Source: Reclinomonas americana ATCC 50394 (Eukaryota). Taken from it: a stretch of 32,907 nucleotides of DNA. Position numbers and translations under genes: made by a program. Of the stretch, positions 31,901 to 32,907 are shown in pieces. The notes under the pieces are model-generated. The model saw only the letters and a list, made by a program, of their open reading frames with translations. It did not search any database and was not told where the DNA came from. The first letter of the stretch is position 1, and every line of letters starts with the position of its first letter. The stretch lies in contig PS015490.1 of the NCBI GenBank assembly GCA_048213135.1, positions 63,228 through 96,134 on the forward strand. The letters run 5' to 3'.

Positions 31901-32907
31901 AGTTTGTTACCATCGGTGCCTCGTATCGAAATGTCAGTGTTACAGGCACGGATTCGCTTGTTACTCCAGCGCCCGGAGAGACGACCGACATTGGCTCCTT
32001 GGTCATCGACGTACTCGGGCCGTTCCCGCTGACGGTGGTGCTGTCGTGGACGAATGACGCCACGATTGCCGACTTGGACGGCTATCTCGCTGATCCGTTC
32101 GACAACTACGTGGTGGGTGCCCCTTTCACCAAGAGACTGCAGCTCGCGTCTGTCGCCTCGACAGCTTCATCGGTTCTGGCGACTCGTGGTGACCTTGCCA
32201 CCGCCGGCGACAGTGCCGTTGGTCCAGCTGTTGGTCTCGGCGCTGTCAACTCTTCACCGTTCGTCAGCCTTGACCAAGATGTTACTGCCGCTGGTGCCGT
32301 GGAGACAATCACGGTGACGCGACTGAGCCCGAGCGCAACGTATACGTACTGCGTGACTGTGGTGCCGCGGAGTGACGGTTCGACTGCGCCGCTGGAGGCT
32401 TCCGGCGCATCAGTGCTGTACGTTGGCGAGGAAGGACGAGTACAGCGACTGACGGTACCGACCGACAACCCCAACAGGCACATTTGGTGGCGTGTTCTGC
32501 AGGTGACGGCTGATGAGGAGGGGCGGCAGATAGCATCGACGTTGTTCCTGAACCAGTTGGTTGAATCGTGTGCACCAGATATTCAGCTGTGCCAGGCATA
32601 TGCATCCGTCGCGTGCTCCGGCAATGGAGCGTGCAAGAGCGACGGTACTTGTCAGTGCACAGGGGACTACACCAATGCCAGCTGCAACTGCAGTCCCAGC
32701 ACCACGTGCTCTGGTAACGGAACGTGCAAGAGTGACGGCACGTGCCAGTGTACTGGCGACTACACCAATGCCAGCTGCAACTGCAGTCCGACTGTGACAT
32801 GCTCTGGAAACGGAATGTGCAAGAGTGACGGCACGTGTCAGTGCAACGCCAACTATTACGGTGCATCGTGCAACGTGAACTGTGTGGCAGCCACCACGTG
32901 TTCTGGA
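28954..32907 (+). CDS. Large secreted/surface mosaic protein, 3' end beyond the window. Domains: signal peptide, 7-blade Asp-box (BNR) propeller, EGF-like and TNFR-like Cys repeats, carboxypeptidase-regulatory-like domains, LES-G/HFSxWN domain, YfaP/DUF2135-like domain, tandem EGF repeats. Exons 28954-29056, 29354-29449, 29520-30723, 30830-31570, 31707->32907
   Basis: Signal peptide MVAADNKWTVSVSLALLVLVVFAMSLHATASA. All four introns are GT-AG and phase-consistent. The last exon (31707 to end) is open with no stop and is absent from the ORF track. Motifs: WxSVASSxDGxKLVA..IYTSxDSGATWT; GTVSGTVVDLVNGLPVANVVVSI; LESIGFF..LWYFATDLGIWVEDG..VYHFSYWNF; LTVVLSW..ADLDGYLADP..SLDQDVT..ETITV; CSGNGxCKSDGTCQC. 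Confidence 0.88.
29558..30365 (+). repeat. Seven ~40-aa propeller blades (six with a complete Asp-box, SxDxGxTW)
   Basis: Units such as YWVSVASSTDGSKLVAAVFCGGQLYTSVDSGATWTPH, with a period of about 120 bp. Confidence 0.9.
30440..30652 (+). repeat. Three near-identical 78-bp (26-aa) Cys-rich TNFR-like repeats, CPAGSYQSAACSSTADRVCTLCSTGT
   Basis: Units start at 30440, 30518 and 30596. Confidence 0.92.
32614..32907 (+). repeat. Tandem ~93-bp EGF-like repeats, CSGNGxCKSDGTCQCTGDYTNASCNCSPxxT
   Basis: Units start at 32614, 32707, 32800 and 32899 (truncated by the window end). Confidence 0.9.

Noticed and set aside
1-32907. Prokaryotic operon, defence system, transposon or alternative genetic code
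   Set aside because: Genes are intron-split eukaryotic housekeeping types. In-frame stops are resolved by GT-AG introns, TAA/TAG/TGA all appear as terminators in the models, and I found no transposase, RT, TIR/LTR or RNA gene signatures.

Overview
GC-rich, gene-dense genomic DNA of a microbial eukaryote, with short spliceosomal introns (mostly about 55-110 nt) that are often filled with (GA)n/(CA)n microsatellites. The ORF track is therefore fragmented, and I rebuilt genes by hand-splicing. About 11 protein-coding genes, in order: 5' part of an M18 aspartyl aminopeptidase (-); XK-related polytopic membrane protein (+); ~1,700-aa low-complexity Pro/Ser/Glu-Arg protein (-); beta-propeller protein (+); orphan multi-exon protein (+); L7Ae-fold RPP38/Pop3-like RNase P/MRP subunit (-); EamA/DMT-like transporter (-); site-1 protease MBTPS1/S1P (-); C1D/Rrp47 (+); small hypothetical (-); and the 5' part of a large secreted mosaic protein (+). 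The mosaic protein carries an Asp-box propeller, Cys repeats, carboxypeptidase-regulatory-like domains, a YfaP/DUF2135-like domain and EGF repeats. Two observations stand out. First, at least 10 introns in six genes appear to use a one-nucleotide-shifted 5' splice site (GTTGCG), always after a non-G exon end. Second, the secreted protein looks assembled from bacterial-type modules plus eukaryotic EGF/TNFR-like repeats. I saw no rRNA, tRNA, CRISPR array or transposase. All family assignments are motif recognition by eye, not database searches.
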